Source: Octopus sinensis (Eukaryota). From it: a stretch of DNA of 64,000 bases. Positions within the stretch are counted from its first letter, which is position 1; every line of letters starts with the position of its first letter. Below are positions 12,061 to 24,537 of this stretch, piece after piece. Below the pieces are notes generated by a model. The model saw nothing but the letters and a program-made list of their open reading frames with translations, searched no databases and was not told the DNA's origin. The DNA lies in NCBI RefSeq assembly GCF_006345805.1, contig NC_043002.1, forward strand, positions 76,446,001 through 76,510,000, given 5' to 3'. Made by a program: the position numbers and the translations under genes.

Positions 12061-12469
12061 TGACCAAGGTTACCGTGGTCTTTTTCGTAGGCTTTTCTTC
12101 CCACGGATAAACCTTACTTGCTTTCCTCTTTACACTATATATCATAACACTGTGATACACGATCCCTATTGATCGTTTTTTTTCCTCTTCCCCTTTTTTC
12201 CCCTTTTTTCTTCTTTTTTCATTTCTCTTTTCTTTTGTTCCTTTTCCTTTTCTTCTTTATTTTTTTAAATTTAATTTTTTAATTTTTTATTTTATTTTTT
12301 TTTTGTTCTTTTCTTCCCTTTTACGATCCGTCTTGATCGAAAACCTACGCCACCCCATTTTTTTTGCTTCTTTTGCTTTTTGTTTTTTTCATCCCCCAAA
12401 AGAAAAGCTCTACCTTGTAACTTGTCCCATCTGTGTGCAGCCCTGTGTGGCCAATAAAGAAACTTAAAT
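12061..12469 (+). mobile_element. 5'-truncated Tx1-like LINE, 3' UTR only
   Basis: Homologous to 54803-55110 and 55158-55346 (gaccaaggttaccgtgg... aaagaaaagctctaccttgtaac... gccctgtgtggccaataaag). Confidence 0.9.
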
Positions 12470-12470
12470 A

Positions 12471-12542
<72 letters not shown>

Positions 12543-12543
12543 A

Positions 12544-12587
<44 letters not shown>

Positions 12588-12594
12588 TCTATTC

Positions 12595-12930
12595 TCTTTC
12601 TATCACTACCGCTATGATCTCTGTTTCTCTGAGCTGGCTGATCTCGCCTCACCTCCATTCAGGCGTTCCCGATTCACACGCTTTTCCGCTCATCACTCAT
12701 ATTGTGTCCAACTTTCCCAGGCTCCATACTATCCGCCCCCCCCCCAGTTCTCCAACCTCAAAAAGTCGTCCTCCCACCCCACCCATCTCAGACCTGAAGC
12801 CCTGTGCCCATTACATTCCTGCAGGTGTCGAATTGCAACAGTTCAAGAAGAATATTAACGGCATCAGTCTCACTGATTTCGAAGTGTCTAAGAAAGCTTT
12901 TGAGCTTGGTCGCTTGTCCACCTGACCTGC
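12595..12930 (+). pseudogene. CR1/L2-group LINE ORF2 C-terminal fragment
   Basis: [38 protein letters not shown]...[19 protein letters not shown] resembles the C-terminus of CR1/L2-group ORF2; ends in (CA)n. Confidence 0.55.
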
Positions 12931-12994
12931 AGATAGCGCACACAGACACACACACACACACACGCACGCACACACGCACACACACACGCACGTA

Positions 12995-13079
<85 letters not shown>

Positions 13080-13198
13080 GCGCACACACACACATCTATC
13101 TATTTCTCTGCCTGTCTGTCTATCTGCATATGTATGTACGTATGTATGTGTATAAGTATGTATGTATGTATGTATGTAGTGTAGTATGTATGTATGTA

Positions 13199-13259
<61 letters not shown>

Positions 13260-13274
13260 CACATAAATATATGT

Positions 13275-13470
13275 ATGCATTTTCTCCATTCTCTGTTGCC
13301 CGCTTTGGGATCTTTCTTTCCTCTCTCTTCCTTCTTATGTTTCGGAAGACGAAGAGGCTCCGCTCGAAACGTCATACCTTCTGCTTCCATATTTCCTGAG
13401 CGCCTATTAATAATAATACTGTAATTGTTCCACTGTTGTTGTTGTTTTTTTGTTTTCCCGTTTGGATAAA
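13275..13470 (+). mobile_element. Degenerate short PLE terminal-repeat element
   Basis: gacgaagaggctccgctcgaaacgtca and ttcctgagcg motifs shared with 9932-10141; TA runs both sides. Confidence 0.5.
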
Positions 13471-13481
13471 ATTGTATATAT

Positions 13482-13559
<78 letters not shown>

Positions 13560-14523
13560 CGTGTGTGCGTGCGTGAATATGAATAGCATGTGTATATGTA
13601 TGTATATATATATATATATGTGTGTGTATGGGTATATGGATAATATATATATATATATACACATTCATACGCATACATCCATACGGGTGTGTATGTGTAT
13701 GTCTTATCTTTGAGTCCGTATCATATTTATTTCATTATCTTTCATTTTTATCTTATTTTCTCATAATTCCTGCTACTTTTACGTTAAGGTTATTTTTTTT
13801 GTCTATTATAATTTTCATTTGTTTATTTATGTTATTTTTTTTTCTTACTTTCTGAACTTTATTCATTATTTTGTTTACAAATTATCATTTTGTTATTTTG
13901 TTATTTATATATATTATTTTACATATATTATATTATTTTCTTCACCTCTTGACTTCTGGTGTATCTCTCCATTACGTTCGTTCGCAGAGAAAGCAATCTG
14001 ATAAGATGACATAATATTTTTTTTTTGTATTTTTTTTTGTATTTTTATGGATTTAGTTTTCTCTGTAATTTATTTATTTATTTATTTATTATTATTATTA
14101 TCATTATTGTTGTTGTTGTTATTTTGCTGTTGGCTCTTCACCGCGTGCTTTTTATTTTATTTCATTTTTTGTTTTTCTGTTTTTTTTTTTTCTTATCAGA
14201 CATAGAGAACGCGAGGGAGGAAGCGTGGAAGCGAGGAAGCAAGGGAGCGATGTGGGAAAGGAGATAGGGAATTAGCCGTTCAGACAGGTAGGTAGTTAAT
14301 TGTAACAGACAGGTAGATTATATACCATTACGCAAATACACACATGCAACATATGAGTGTATACAATCAGGCGATCGTGCTTATACATTTCTAATCTTAC
14401 TCTCATAAGAGAAAGTGGGTGAGCGAGTGAGCGAGAGAGAGAGAGAGAGAGAGAGAGGTAGAGAGAGAGAGGGAGAGAGAGAGAAAGAGAGAGATTCTTG
14501 CAGATAGATATGCAGAAAATGTG

Positions 14524-14559
<36 letters not shown>

Positions 14560-15304
14560 CACACACACACACACACACACACACACCACACACACACACA
14601 CACACATGTTGTTTTTAATTTGAGTTTCTAATTTGCGAAAATACATATTTTCTGGAATTCTGGAATATTCCATAACAAAATCAGTTTTGCTATAAAAAAT
14701 TATTTCTTATAATTTTCTTAAAATTTACGCCTAACTCAATGCGTCCTGCCCTTAAAACTGCCCGGGTGGATAAATACATCTCTCGTTTAAACCAACGGTC
14801 ATGTTACTCCGGGGAGAGATGGTAACTGTAGCCTCCCTTGTTCGACAACACCGTGTTTGCTTCAGTTCAACATGGCCTGTCTTTTTTTACTTGTTAGGCG
14901 AACGGTATTGCGGAGACAGTAACTGAATACTCTTCTTCTATACAGGTCTGTTTCCAACAGCAAGTGCCTTGTCCCAAGTGTACTTATCACCTCTCCACTT
15001 ATGAATAGGGAACCGCAGAGGATACCAGGTATTGGTTTAGTATAATCGTATATATTTGCTTCACGGTTCCTTCTTCAGGTTTTCTCCGATCCACGTGTTA
15101 TTCTGTTATCAGCAAGTGAACGTTAAACCTGGCATCTTTTTTCCTCTGTTTATTTTTATCCAAAACTTTGGACGGAAATTTTCTATTGGAACCTAAGTTA
15201 CCCCTATTTTACATAACTTTTACGTAAGAATATTTCCTGCTTTACGAGTATGTGTTACCGAATGAGTTATGCTATTTTTTAGTTTTGTTTTGTAGATTAT
15301 CGAG

Positions 15305-15471
15305 GGTTCAGTCGAAAAAATCGGCCCCTGTACTTATTTTTTTAAGGCCTGGTACTTATTTTAGCGGACGCTTTTGCAGAACCGCTAGAGTACAGAAGTT
15401 ATGGGGTCGTAAACAAATCCACAAGAGTTGTCAAATGGTCTGGCGAGACAAACACAACATAAATACAAAGA

Positions 15472-15509
<38 letters not shown>

Positions 15510-15865
15510 TAGGCTTCCTCACAATTTCCCTCTACCAAAATAAGGCTGCGAGCTGGCAGAAGCGTTAGCATGCCGGGCGAAATGTTTAGCGGTATTGCGT
15601 CTGTCTTTACGTTCTGAGTTCAAATACCATTGAGGTCGACTTTGCCTTTCATCCTTTCAGGGTCGATAAATTAAGTACCATTTGCGTACTGGGGTTGATC
15701 TAATCGATTGGCTCCCTCCCTCAAAATTTCTGTCTATCAGAGGAATTGGAAGGCTGAAGGATATTGTAGAAGACAATTGTACAAGATGCTGCGCGGTGGG
15801 ACTGAACCAGAAACCATGTAATTGCAAAGCAAGCTTTTCATAACCTCACAGCAATGCCTGTGCCT
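15305..15865 (-). mobile_element. SINE family A interrupted by a family B SINE
   Basis: Family A halves at 15305-15540 and 15750-15865 flank the insert. Confidence 0.65.
15544..15735 (+). mobile_element. tRNA-derived SINE, family B
   Basis: gcgagctggcagaagcgttagc head, gagttcaaat B box, gtcgactttgcctttcatcctttc core. Confidence 0.8.
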
Positions 15866-16282
15866 TAATTATTTCTTTCTAGAATTCTACGTCTTTATTG
15901 AAAATAGGCGTATATATAGAGGCCATTGCTAACTAGTATACATGCAACAAGAGAAATAAGTAGAATTTGGTAGTGAAGATTTCAAATCCCAGCTGGGGCA
16001 AAGGGGCAGAGGGGCAGAATTAGTACAGCATTCTTGACAGACGATCATGGAATACTACAGCAAATTTAAGCAAAAATTCTATTCTTCCGGATGTAGCTAT
16101 TTCGTTCCATTCTGTTTTTGTTTTACGCACGTAAACATAATCACATATACGCACGTACGTATGTATGTATGTGTGTATGTCATTATTCAGTTTTAGTTCA
16201 AGATTTCTTGCCAATAGAGAAAGAGCCAGTTTCTAACCTAGATCCCAGGCTCCTTCAGTGGAATTTCAACACAAGCAACACA

Positions 16283-16640
16283 GTATGTATGTATGTATGT
16301 ATGTATGTATGTATGTATGTATGTATGTATGTATGTATGTATGTATGTATGTATGTATGTATGTATGTATGTATGAATGTATGAATGTATGTATGTATGT
16401 ATGTATGTATGTATGTATGTATGTAGTCGTGTGTGCTTATCAAGAGCAGGGCTCATTAGCCACCAACGGAGCCGCAAATGTAAAATATATGTTAGTCCTA
16501 GAGCGCACAATGTTCCTGAAGGTCGGCAATGGTCTTCCTCGGTCACGCGTGGACGGCCATCATGTATGTATGTATGTATGTATGTATGTATGTATGTATG
16601 TATGTATGTATGTATGTATGTATGTATATATGTATGTATG
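16283..16640. repeat. (TATG)n arrays split by a 136-bp unique insert (16426-16561)
   Basis: Directly visible. Confidence 0.95.
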
Positions 16641-16700
16641 TATTTGTATCCATTTTTATATCTAAAGCTTTAAAGATATCTATAGATATCTAATATTGAG

Positions 16701-17314
16701 GGCGGCAAGCTGGCAGAATCGTTAGCACGCCAAGGCGGCGAGCTGGCTGAAACGTTAGCACGTCGGGCGAAATGCGTAGCCGTATTTCGTCTGCCGTTAC
16801 GTTCTGAGTTCAAATTCCGCCGAGGTCGACTTTGCCTTTCGTCCTTTCGGGATCGATAAATTATGTACCAGTTACGCACTGGGGTTGAGGTAATCGACTT
16901 TTATCCGTTTGTCTGTCCTTGTTTGTCCCCTCTGTGTTTAGGCCCTTGTGAGTAGTAAATAAATAGGTATTTCGTCTGTCTTTACGTTCTGAGTTCAAAT
17001 TCCGCCGTGGTACCTTTGCCTTTCGTCCTTTCGGGGTATATTAAATAAGTACCAGTTACGCACTGGGATCGATGTAATCGACTTAATCCGTTTGTTTGTC
17101 CTTGTTTGTCCTCTCTGTGTGTAGCCCCTTGTGGGAAATAAAGAAACAAGTAAAATGCTTAGCGGCCTTTCGTCCATTTTTACCTTATGAGGTCGACTTT
17201 GCCTTTTATCCTTTTGTAGTCGATAAAATAAGTACCAGTTGAGCACTGGCGGTCGATGCAATCAACTTACCCCTCCCCCGAAATTGCTGGTCATGTGCCA
17301 AAATTTGAAATTAA
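16701..17314 (+). mobile_element. SINE family B, head-to-tail trimer
   Basis: Duplicated head, then units restarting at gtatttcgtc at 16782 and 16967, and a diverged third unit near 17165. Confidence 0.85.
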
Positions 17315-17324
17315 TATGTGAAGG

Positions 17325-17712
17325 CTATGTGGTAAGTAGCTTGCTTACCAACCACATGATTCCGAGTTCAGTCCCATTGCATGGCACCTTGGGCAAGTGT
17401 CTTCTACTATAGCTTCGGGCCGACCAAAGCCTTGTGAGAAGATTTGGTAGACGGAAACTAAAAGAAGCCCGTCGTATATATGTTTATATATATGTATGTG
17501 TGTATATGTTGTATGTCTGTGTTTGCCCCCCACCACATCGCTTGAGAACCGATGCTGGTGTGTTTACGTCCCCGTAACTTAGCGTTTCGGCATAAGGGTC
17601 CGATAGAAGAAGTACTAGGCTTACAAACAATAAGTCCTGGGTTCGATTTGCTCGTCTAAAGGTGGTACTCCAGCATGGCCACAGTCAAATGACTGAAACA
17701 AGTAAAAGAGTA
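17325..17712 (+). mobile_element. SINE family A
   Basis: Full head, CORE-like ccttgggcaagtgtctt, tail gactgaaacaagtaaaagag. Confidence 0.9.
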
Positions 17713-18781
17713 ATCGAAAGGTTTTTTTTCTTGATATATGTAAGCAACCCGACCTACCTATTTACAACTGCAGTATGAACAACGGCAAATACCTATATAG
17801 AGACCTGTACTCCGCGTTGAGCAACCCCAAAATTTCAACAACCGATTCGTTGAGCTCCCAAATTGCCTGAGCTATACGTATATGTTTATAGTTGCACTAT
17901 ATATAACCACAAAGACCTCCAGATGCCTCTACTCAGCGTTGAGCAACGAAAAATTTTTACAGCCGGTTGTTTGAATTGCCGAAAATGTAACCGCCATCTC
18001 TGTATGATAAAAATTCAAAATTTGGCAATTAAATATCGACAGCTCTTTAAAAATGCTGGCGATATTGGATATTACTGTAACAAATTAATTATGAAATACT
18101 TTCATTATCAAATATATTCGTGCTTTGAATATTTTTGTTGTTCAATATACTTACCTTGTTTAAATATAAACGTGTAAGCTGAAGTGTCGTTTGCTTATGT
18201 TCTTCGGTTCTTCGCCTTATGGCGATAGATATATTCGAAATTAAATTTTAAAATATTCTATACGGAGAACAGTAAATCAATGGATATTGAAACAAAGTAA
18301 TTTTATAGCATGGAAATAAAGAATATATTTTTAATTTAAGAATAGCAAAATCAATGATATAAATAAACACATTAAGAACATATTGTACAAGTACAGCAAT
18401 CAGAACGTTTGCCAATGCTCGGAGACCACCATGTTCTTCTGTGTCATTGCGTTGTCTCCTATCAGCTTCTTTCAAAGACAGATCGAATAATTCTTCTCAT
18501 GTATCAGTTATCAACTTTAATATTTTATTAGCATGAAATCAAAAAGGACTCAATACATTGCCTGAGTATATAAGGTATGCATCGGCTGATAAAATTCCTA
18601 CAGTGGTCGCAGTATAATGAATGGATCATCTACATGTGAAAACAACCGTGCAACTTTATACTTAAAGACAGAAAATATCTAATAATAATTCTATATACAT
18701 ACAAGTATATATGCATAATTCATCTTTGGAACGGTGTATTTCGAAGAAGATAAAGCTATAAGTAATTGCGTGCAAATGCAG

Positions 18782-19150
18782 CATTGGTGTGTGGTTTAAA
18801 AGCTTGCCTTTTAAATATGTGATTCTGGATTAGGACCATCGTGCAAGTGTCTTCAGCCAATAAATAACTTGTGAGTGGAATTTGGTAGACGGAAACTGAA
18901 AGAAGCCCGTCGTATATATGTATATATATATTTATGTGTGCGTGTATATGTTTGTGTGTCTATGTTTGCCCTCCCAACATCGCTTGACAACAGATGGTGG
19001 TGTGTTTACGTCCCCGTAACTTAGTGGTTCGGCAAAAGAGACCGATAGAATAAGTACTAGGCTTCCAAAGAATAAGTCCTGGGGTTGATTTGCTCGACTA
19101 AAGGTGGTGGTCCAGCATGGCCGCAGTCAAATGTCTGAAACAAGTAAAAA
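18782..19150 (+). mobile_element. SINE family A
   Basis: Same structure with a partly deleted head. Confidence 0.8.
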
Positions 19151-19529
19151 AAGAAAAGAGAAAAAGAGAAAGAGATACACACACACATACACACAAACAC
19201 ACACACACATACACACAAACACACACACACATACACACAAACACACACACACATACACACAAACACACACACACATATGTGTGTGTGTGTGTCTGTCTTT
19301 GGTTTTATGTCGTATTTGTCCACCACCATCACATTTTGGGTAGAAAACTTCGAAGGCTACCCGTGTGACTCGAACACATATTTCCTATAAAATAAACGTT
19401 CTACCATTGGACCAAAGCAACACTTCTATTTTCAGACACAGGACTTGAAATTTCGTGCGAGAGATTACATCGTCTCCAGTGCTCAACTGATACTTATATC
19501 ACCAACTCCAAAAGGATGAAAGATGTCAC

Positions 19530-19560
<31 letters not shown>

Positions 19561-19828
19561 TTCTTTATCTACAGTATATTTATTTCTTTATAATATATAT
19601 ATATATATCTATATATATATTTATATATTGCGGAGAAATGGCTAAACTTTGCCATGTTTATAATTATACCATATGTTACATATATATTATATCATACCCT
19701 GAGACTGTGTGAACTTAAGATCCCCGTTGACAGGTCGCTGGTATTTACAGAGTGTTAAACACTTTCAGTAATGCAAATTAGGGACGTCTTCATAGAGTAA
19801 CTGCTGCATTTGTTGAGTATATAAACAA

Positions 19829-20209
19829 CTAGCAGTATCGCTCGGCGTTGCTCAGGTTTGTAAGGGAAATAACTATAAAGCATTTTTAGAGAGTTATAGC
19901 CAAAAAATAGCAAAAAAACGGAAAAAAATGATGGTAAATTTTTTTTAGTTAAAAAAGGTGGAGTTGCGTCCCCTAGACAGTTTGCGGTTTGTGTTTCTGA
20001 TTCTCGACCCCATGTCGAATTTATCGATTTTTTTCAGAACTGGGGGAACTTTTCAAAATTTTCGCTGCGTTAGTTTTGAATTATGACATTGGGCTATGTG
20101 TGTGTCAAGTTTCATCAGAATCGGTTGAAAGCCGTGGTCAGGGTGAGGGTACAAGCAAACAGACACACAGAAACACGCACAGACAAACTGCCGTTTATAT
20201 ATAGAGAGA
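19829..20209 (-). mobile_element. Non-autonomous Helitron
   Basis: Minus strand begins A|TC at 20209 and ends CTAG|T at 19829; terminal ~100 bp matches the end of 5345-5741. Confidence 0.8.
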
Positions 20210-21243
20210 TTTGGCTGCTTGTTTCTCTGAAGACTGTCAGAATCATGTAGACGACTCTGATGAGAACCCAATAAGGTTTGAATATCGATGAAGGCTCCCT
20301 ATCATTTTTTTTCCAGTCTGCGGAGAAATGGCTAAGATTTGCCTTGTTTATAATTATACCATATGTTACTTATATAAATATACAGTATGTGTGTGTGTGC
20401 ATGTGTATGAAGAGGTACATATATATATATATATATATATGTACCTCTTCATACACATACAGACACACAGATATACTTATGCAGTCACTCACACATTCTC
20501 ACACACAACTACATATGTATCCAGACGAACTGGAAACAGATCGTACATTTGTGACGTTCGATTTTTAGAAAAGAAGTTTATAAACTTTATATATTATAAA
20601 CTTTATGCATATATCAATACATGTTTCAATACATATTTTAATACGTTTTTTCTCATCTTTATAAATGTGTATGTGTGTGTGTGTGAGAGAGAGAGATAGA
20701 GAGTGTGTGTGTGTGTGAGACTGTGTGCGAACGCGTCTGTATGCCTGTGTGTTTTTATGTATCTATAGCTATACATATATTTGGAAAGCGTAAAAAGGAG
20801 AAAGAAAGAAAGAAAGAAAGAAATAAATAAAGAAAGAAAGAAAGAAAGGGAAAGAGAAAGTGTGAGGGATGTATGATCGAGTGTTCTCTGTGTAACATAT
20901 GTTTGTACCTTTGTTGAGATAAAAGGCTGTCACTGCAATGAAAGTATCTTTATGCTTAATTTGTAGGTAAAAAATTAGAGATGTCATTTTGATACCTAGT
21001 CAGCGAGACATGCGGGTAGCGGTTGTTATTTTTATTAACAATTATATACAACTTAATGTCGAAAATGTATGTAACGATAGGCGCGCCCAGTCCCGCTCTC
21101 ACCTTCTATGACTTTCAATCTCGTTACATATGTTCTTTCACTATTATTTCTGACAAGCGGATTGTATCTACCATTCTCGAGTTACTCATTCTTGTTGTAC
21201 TTTACTGATAGCATTATTATTATTATCAGTGTCGTAGTTATTT

Positions 21244-21285
<42 letters not shown>

Positions 21286-21687
21286 TAGTTGTTGTGTTGT
21301 TCCCAGGTCAGACCTGACCGATCAGAACTAAGATAAAAACATATCCCAACTATAGCCATCCAGCAGTTTTTTCTCTTGATTGTATTTTCGTGTAAAATAT
21401 TCAACGTGTGCTTTTATTTTTAAAGACAGTATCGTGGGATTTGAGGGGAGAATTAGCTGCTGTTTCAGGTAGATCGAGCAACCAATAACAGATTGAATGT
21501 CTGCATAAAAAGAAGCTCTATTATTGACTGAAATAAATTAGAGAGGAAAACATGAATTCTACAATATAAATGAGATCGTTTCTGAATTTCCTTCATCATT
21601 ATTCTCTACCCTTGAATACATACACATACACACGCATAAATACACACAAACACATGTGTGCATACGCATAAGTATACACATTCGTAC

Positions 21688-22025
21688 GCAAACATTTTTT
21701 AAAGATGCAAAAATTGTAAAGAGTATTTTAAAATAATGTAAAAGTTAGTTATAGCTGCACCGAAGACGTTACTAGAATTTATGGAAAAATCTACCTCGAT
21801 GCAACCACGGCAAAAACATTCAAGAATAGGTAAATTCAACATAGCCACTCTCCTAGAATCAAGGCGGCACAAAACACCATCATACTGTCTCTGCACATAT
21901 GGTATCCGAAAGAGAAGCACTGACAGCACCATCAAATTCTACTCAATGATGTAAACTGTCGTTCTATGCATAAACAGTTCAAAAAGATGTTCACTACGAC
22001 TTGCTGAAAAATACAAGGTATATTG
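21688..22025 (+). pseudogene. Penelope-like element linker + GIY-YIG endonuclease relic
   Basis: KHFLKMQKL*RVF*NNVKVSYSC...KIYLDATTAKTFKNR*IQHSHS...LSLHIWYPKEK...KRCSLRLAEKYK, related to the 38811-39215 protein. Confidence 0.65.
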
Positions 22026-22914
22026 GATGTAGTTGCCTATAACTCCTATCATTTTTATCATCCCGTGTTTTTTAATAGTTTCGTTTGAGAGCACATATCA
22101 ACGTCCATGGCACTTTTCAACGCCTCAGTAAGCGATAGAGAAGAGGAAAGAAATCATCCTCTGATCGGTCACCAGGTTCGAATGTTTTTTAAGGAAGTGG
22201 ACATCGGAGAATAAGACGGTGGATAATGTTAAATCTGGCGTCGAATTAATCTCCTACCTTTGCCCCCCCACCCCCAAAAAACAAATAGGAAAAACGTACT
22301 TCCGACTAGTTTTGCATTTACCGCTCCTTCCCTTCCAATTATCACCCACAAGACTTTGTGTTGCAGTGTTGGAGGTGATTATCACGACTCGGGGCATGGT
22401 GCGATCGTTGTTATTTTTAATGATGCTAATTACTCTCTATAGCGTTTTAATGTTTGTTTGTGGTTTACGTTTGATACAAACGTTTTTCCAATTTTCTTGT
22501 TTTATTTGTTATTTCCTTGTTTTTATTTGTTATTTCCTTGTTTAGTTCTTTGAAGTCGAGGTTTATTTCTCTTGTGTGATATGATGTGTTGTGTAATTGT
22601 ATTGAAGCTATCTCTGTTTTTTTTTATGAGATTGGCTATTTATGATGTGTAATTGAAGTTATATTATTTATGTTGTCACGTGGAAACATGCTGCTTTTTC
22701 TTTCGATGTATTTATTCTGTAGAAAGTCAATAGGCTGATTGTTGGGAGGTCATTGATTCATATACGTTTGTAGATACTGTGACTTGTGTGTGTATGTGTG
22801 TGTGTGTGTGCGTGAGAGAGAGAGAGAGAGAGAGAGAATTATACAACTGTGAAGTAGTATTAAGAATATTTTCTTTGATTTGGTGCGCTTAATCCACATT
22901 ATTACGTAACGAGC

Positions 22915-23140
22915 ATAAGACCGGTTTCCCCCGTTTGTCTGGCGTATGCATACCCCCTCCACCCCACCGGGATGGGACGTCGGTCCGTCGTAGGATTACT
23001 CACTTATACCAGCTGAGCGGATTGGAGCTACGTGAAATGAAATCTTTTGTTCAAAAACACAACGTTTCGCCCGGCCCAGGAATCGAAACTACAATCTTAC
23101 GATGATGAGTCCAACACCCTAACCACTAGGCTATGCGCCT
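22915..23140 (-). mobile_element. tRNA-derived SINE, head D + tail 2
   Basis: Head like 8578; tail cctacgacggaccgacgtcccatcccggtgggg...ggaaaccggtcttatg like 47095-47190. Confidence 0.7.
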
Positions 23141-23539
23141 ATTGATTTGGTGTACCAGTCATTTATTCTTGACTTATTATTTTCTCGCAAGAAGCTTATG
23201 TTGTTGCTTTTAAATATTTATAATTACGTTCAATTATTCGTTGAACCCTTTTAATGAAGCATAATTTGATTAAGATCACCTACCATTTAATTTCATGAGA
23301 GTTTTAATTACTGCATACATAAATAATCTTAAGAATTCAATTTCATGTTGTGTATAGTATTGCCTCAATAGGCTTTTCTGTACGTTTGTCGATTTTTGTA
23401 ACTTACCCAACTTAAAACTGTTTTATGTGCATCGCCTACTGGCAGGGCCGGATTAAGTGTCGTAGAGGACCTAAGCCCTTGAAAGATTTTGGTGCACCCA
23501 TATATATGCAATTCAATATATAAACAGTAATAAACCCAC

Positions 23540-23612
23540 GGGCATATGGCGTAGTGGTTAAGAGCGCGAGCTACTAACCCCAAGATTCCGAGTTCGATTC
23601 CAGGCAGTGACC
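23540..23612 (+). promoter_or_regulatory. tRNA-like Pol III internal promoter (A and B boxes)
   Basis: TGGCGTAGTGG (23547-23557) and GAGTTCGATTCC (23590-23601); cloverleaf imperfect, so not a tRNA gene. Confidence 0.6.
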
Positions 23613-23686
23613 TGAATAACAACAACAACAACAACAACATCGAAAAATACCTTATGAATGAGAATCCAGTTTCGAAATTTCCTCAA

Positions 23687-23732
23687 GACACCTGACGAAA
23701 GCTGGAGGGTATATCAGACGAAACGTTGTGTT
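23687..23732 (+). ncRNA. Hammerhead motif downstream of the tRNA-like head
   Basis: GACAC-CTGACGA-A-AGCTG/CAGAC-GAAACGTT-GTGTT; 5-bp stem I, two stem II mismatches. Confidence 0.6.
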
Positions 23733-23961
23733 AACAACAATCAAGATGAGGACAAAGATCCGTCAAATGTAAATTATATAAATAATGTAAATAATGTAAA
23801 TAATTCCTCATCTCTTAAATACAGAACTGTAGTAATAAAACATGAAATAAATTTTCATTTTTCAAAGTGAAACAAAACTAACAGTAAGATGGAAAATAAT
23901 GTTTATTTTTGTATACTTCCACTTGATTTTATATTTGAAAAATTTTCTCCTTTTTTTAATT

Positions 23962-24358
23962 ACTCTTTACTCTTTTACTTGTTTCAGTCATTTGACTGTG
24001 GCCATGCTGGTGCACCGCCTTTAGTCGAGCAAATCGACCCCATGACTTATTCTTTGTAAGCCTAGTACTTATTCTATCAGGGTCGTTTTGCCGAACCGCT
24101 AAGTTACGGGGATGTAAACACACCAGCATCGTTTGTCAAGCGATGTTGGGGGGGGACAAACACAGACACACAAACATACACACACATACATATATATATA
24201 TATATACGACGGGCTTCTTTCAGTTTCCGTCTACCAAATCCATTCACAAGGTTCTGGTCGGACCGAAGCTATAGTAGAAGACACTTGCCCAAGGTGCTAC
24301 GTAGTGGGACTGAACCCGGAACCATGAGGTTCGTAAGCAAGCTACTTACCACACTACG
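23962..24358 (-). mobile_element. SINE family A
   Basis: Near full-length reverse-complement copy. Confidence 0.9.
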
Positions 24359-24431
24359 CCTTTGCAAATTCTTTAATCAGATCCTCACTATGTCACCATG
24401 AACCCTTCGAAATTATATTTTCGATCTTATT

Positions 24432-24517
24432 CGAGGGAGAGCTGGAAAGTTCCTGTCTTTAAGGGTATCGCGATTAACTGATCCTCCTGTATTTTCTTTT
24501 ATCCAAAGCAGCCCTCA
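24432..24517. mobile_element. Internally deleted mariner-type MITE
   Basis: cgagggagagctggaaagttcctg end resembles mariner CGAGGG...AAAAGTT TIRs; right end gccctca-TA. Confidence 0.45.
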
Positions 24518-24537
24518 TATATATATATATATATATA

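Noticed and set aside
12824-12925. Apparent terminal exon after cctgcag
   Set aside because: Better explained as the C-terminus of a CR1/L2-group LINE.
14945-15028. Candidate exon with good splice signals
   Set aside because: Only one frame is open and the peptide is unrecognisable.
16500-16561. HDV-like ribozyme hint (gtcTTCCTCggt...gg)
   Set aside because: P1 pairs only 4 of 7 and there is no J4/2 or P2.
18300-18660. Protein-like minus-strand text (EELFDLSLKEADRRQ)
   Set aside because: Interrupted by stops and no diagnostic transposase or host motif.
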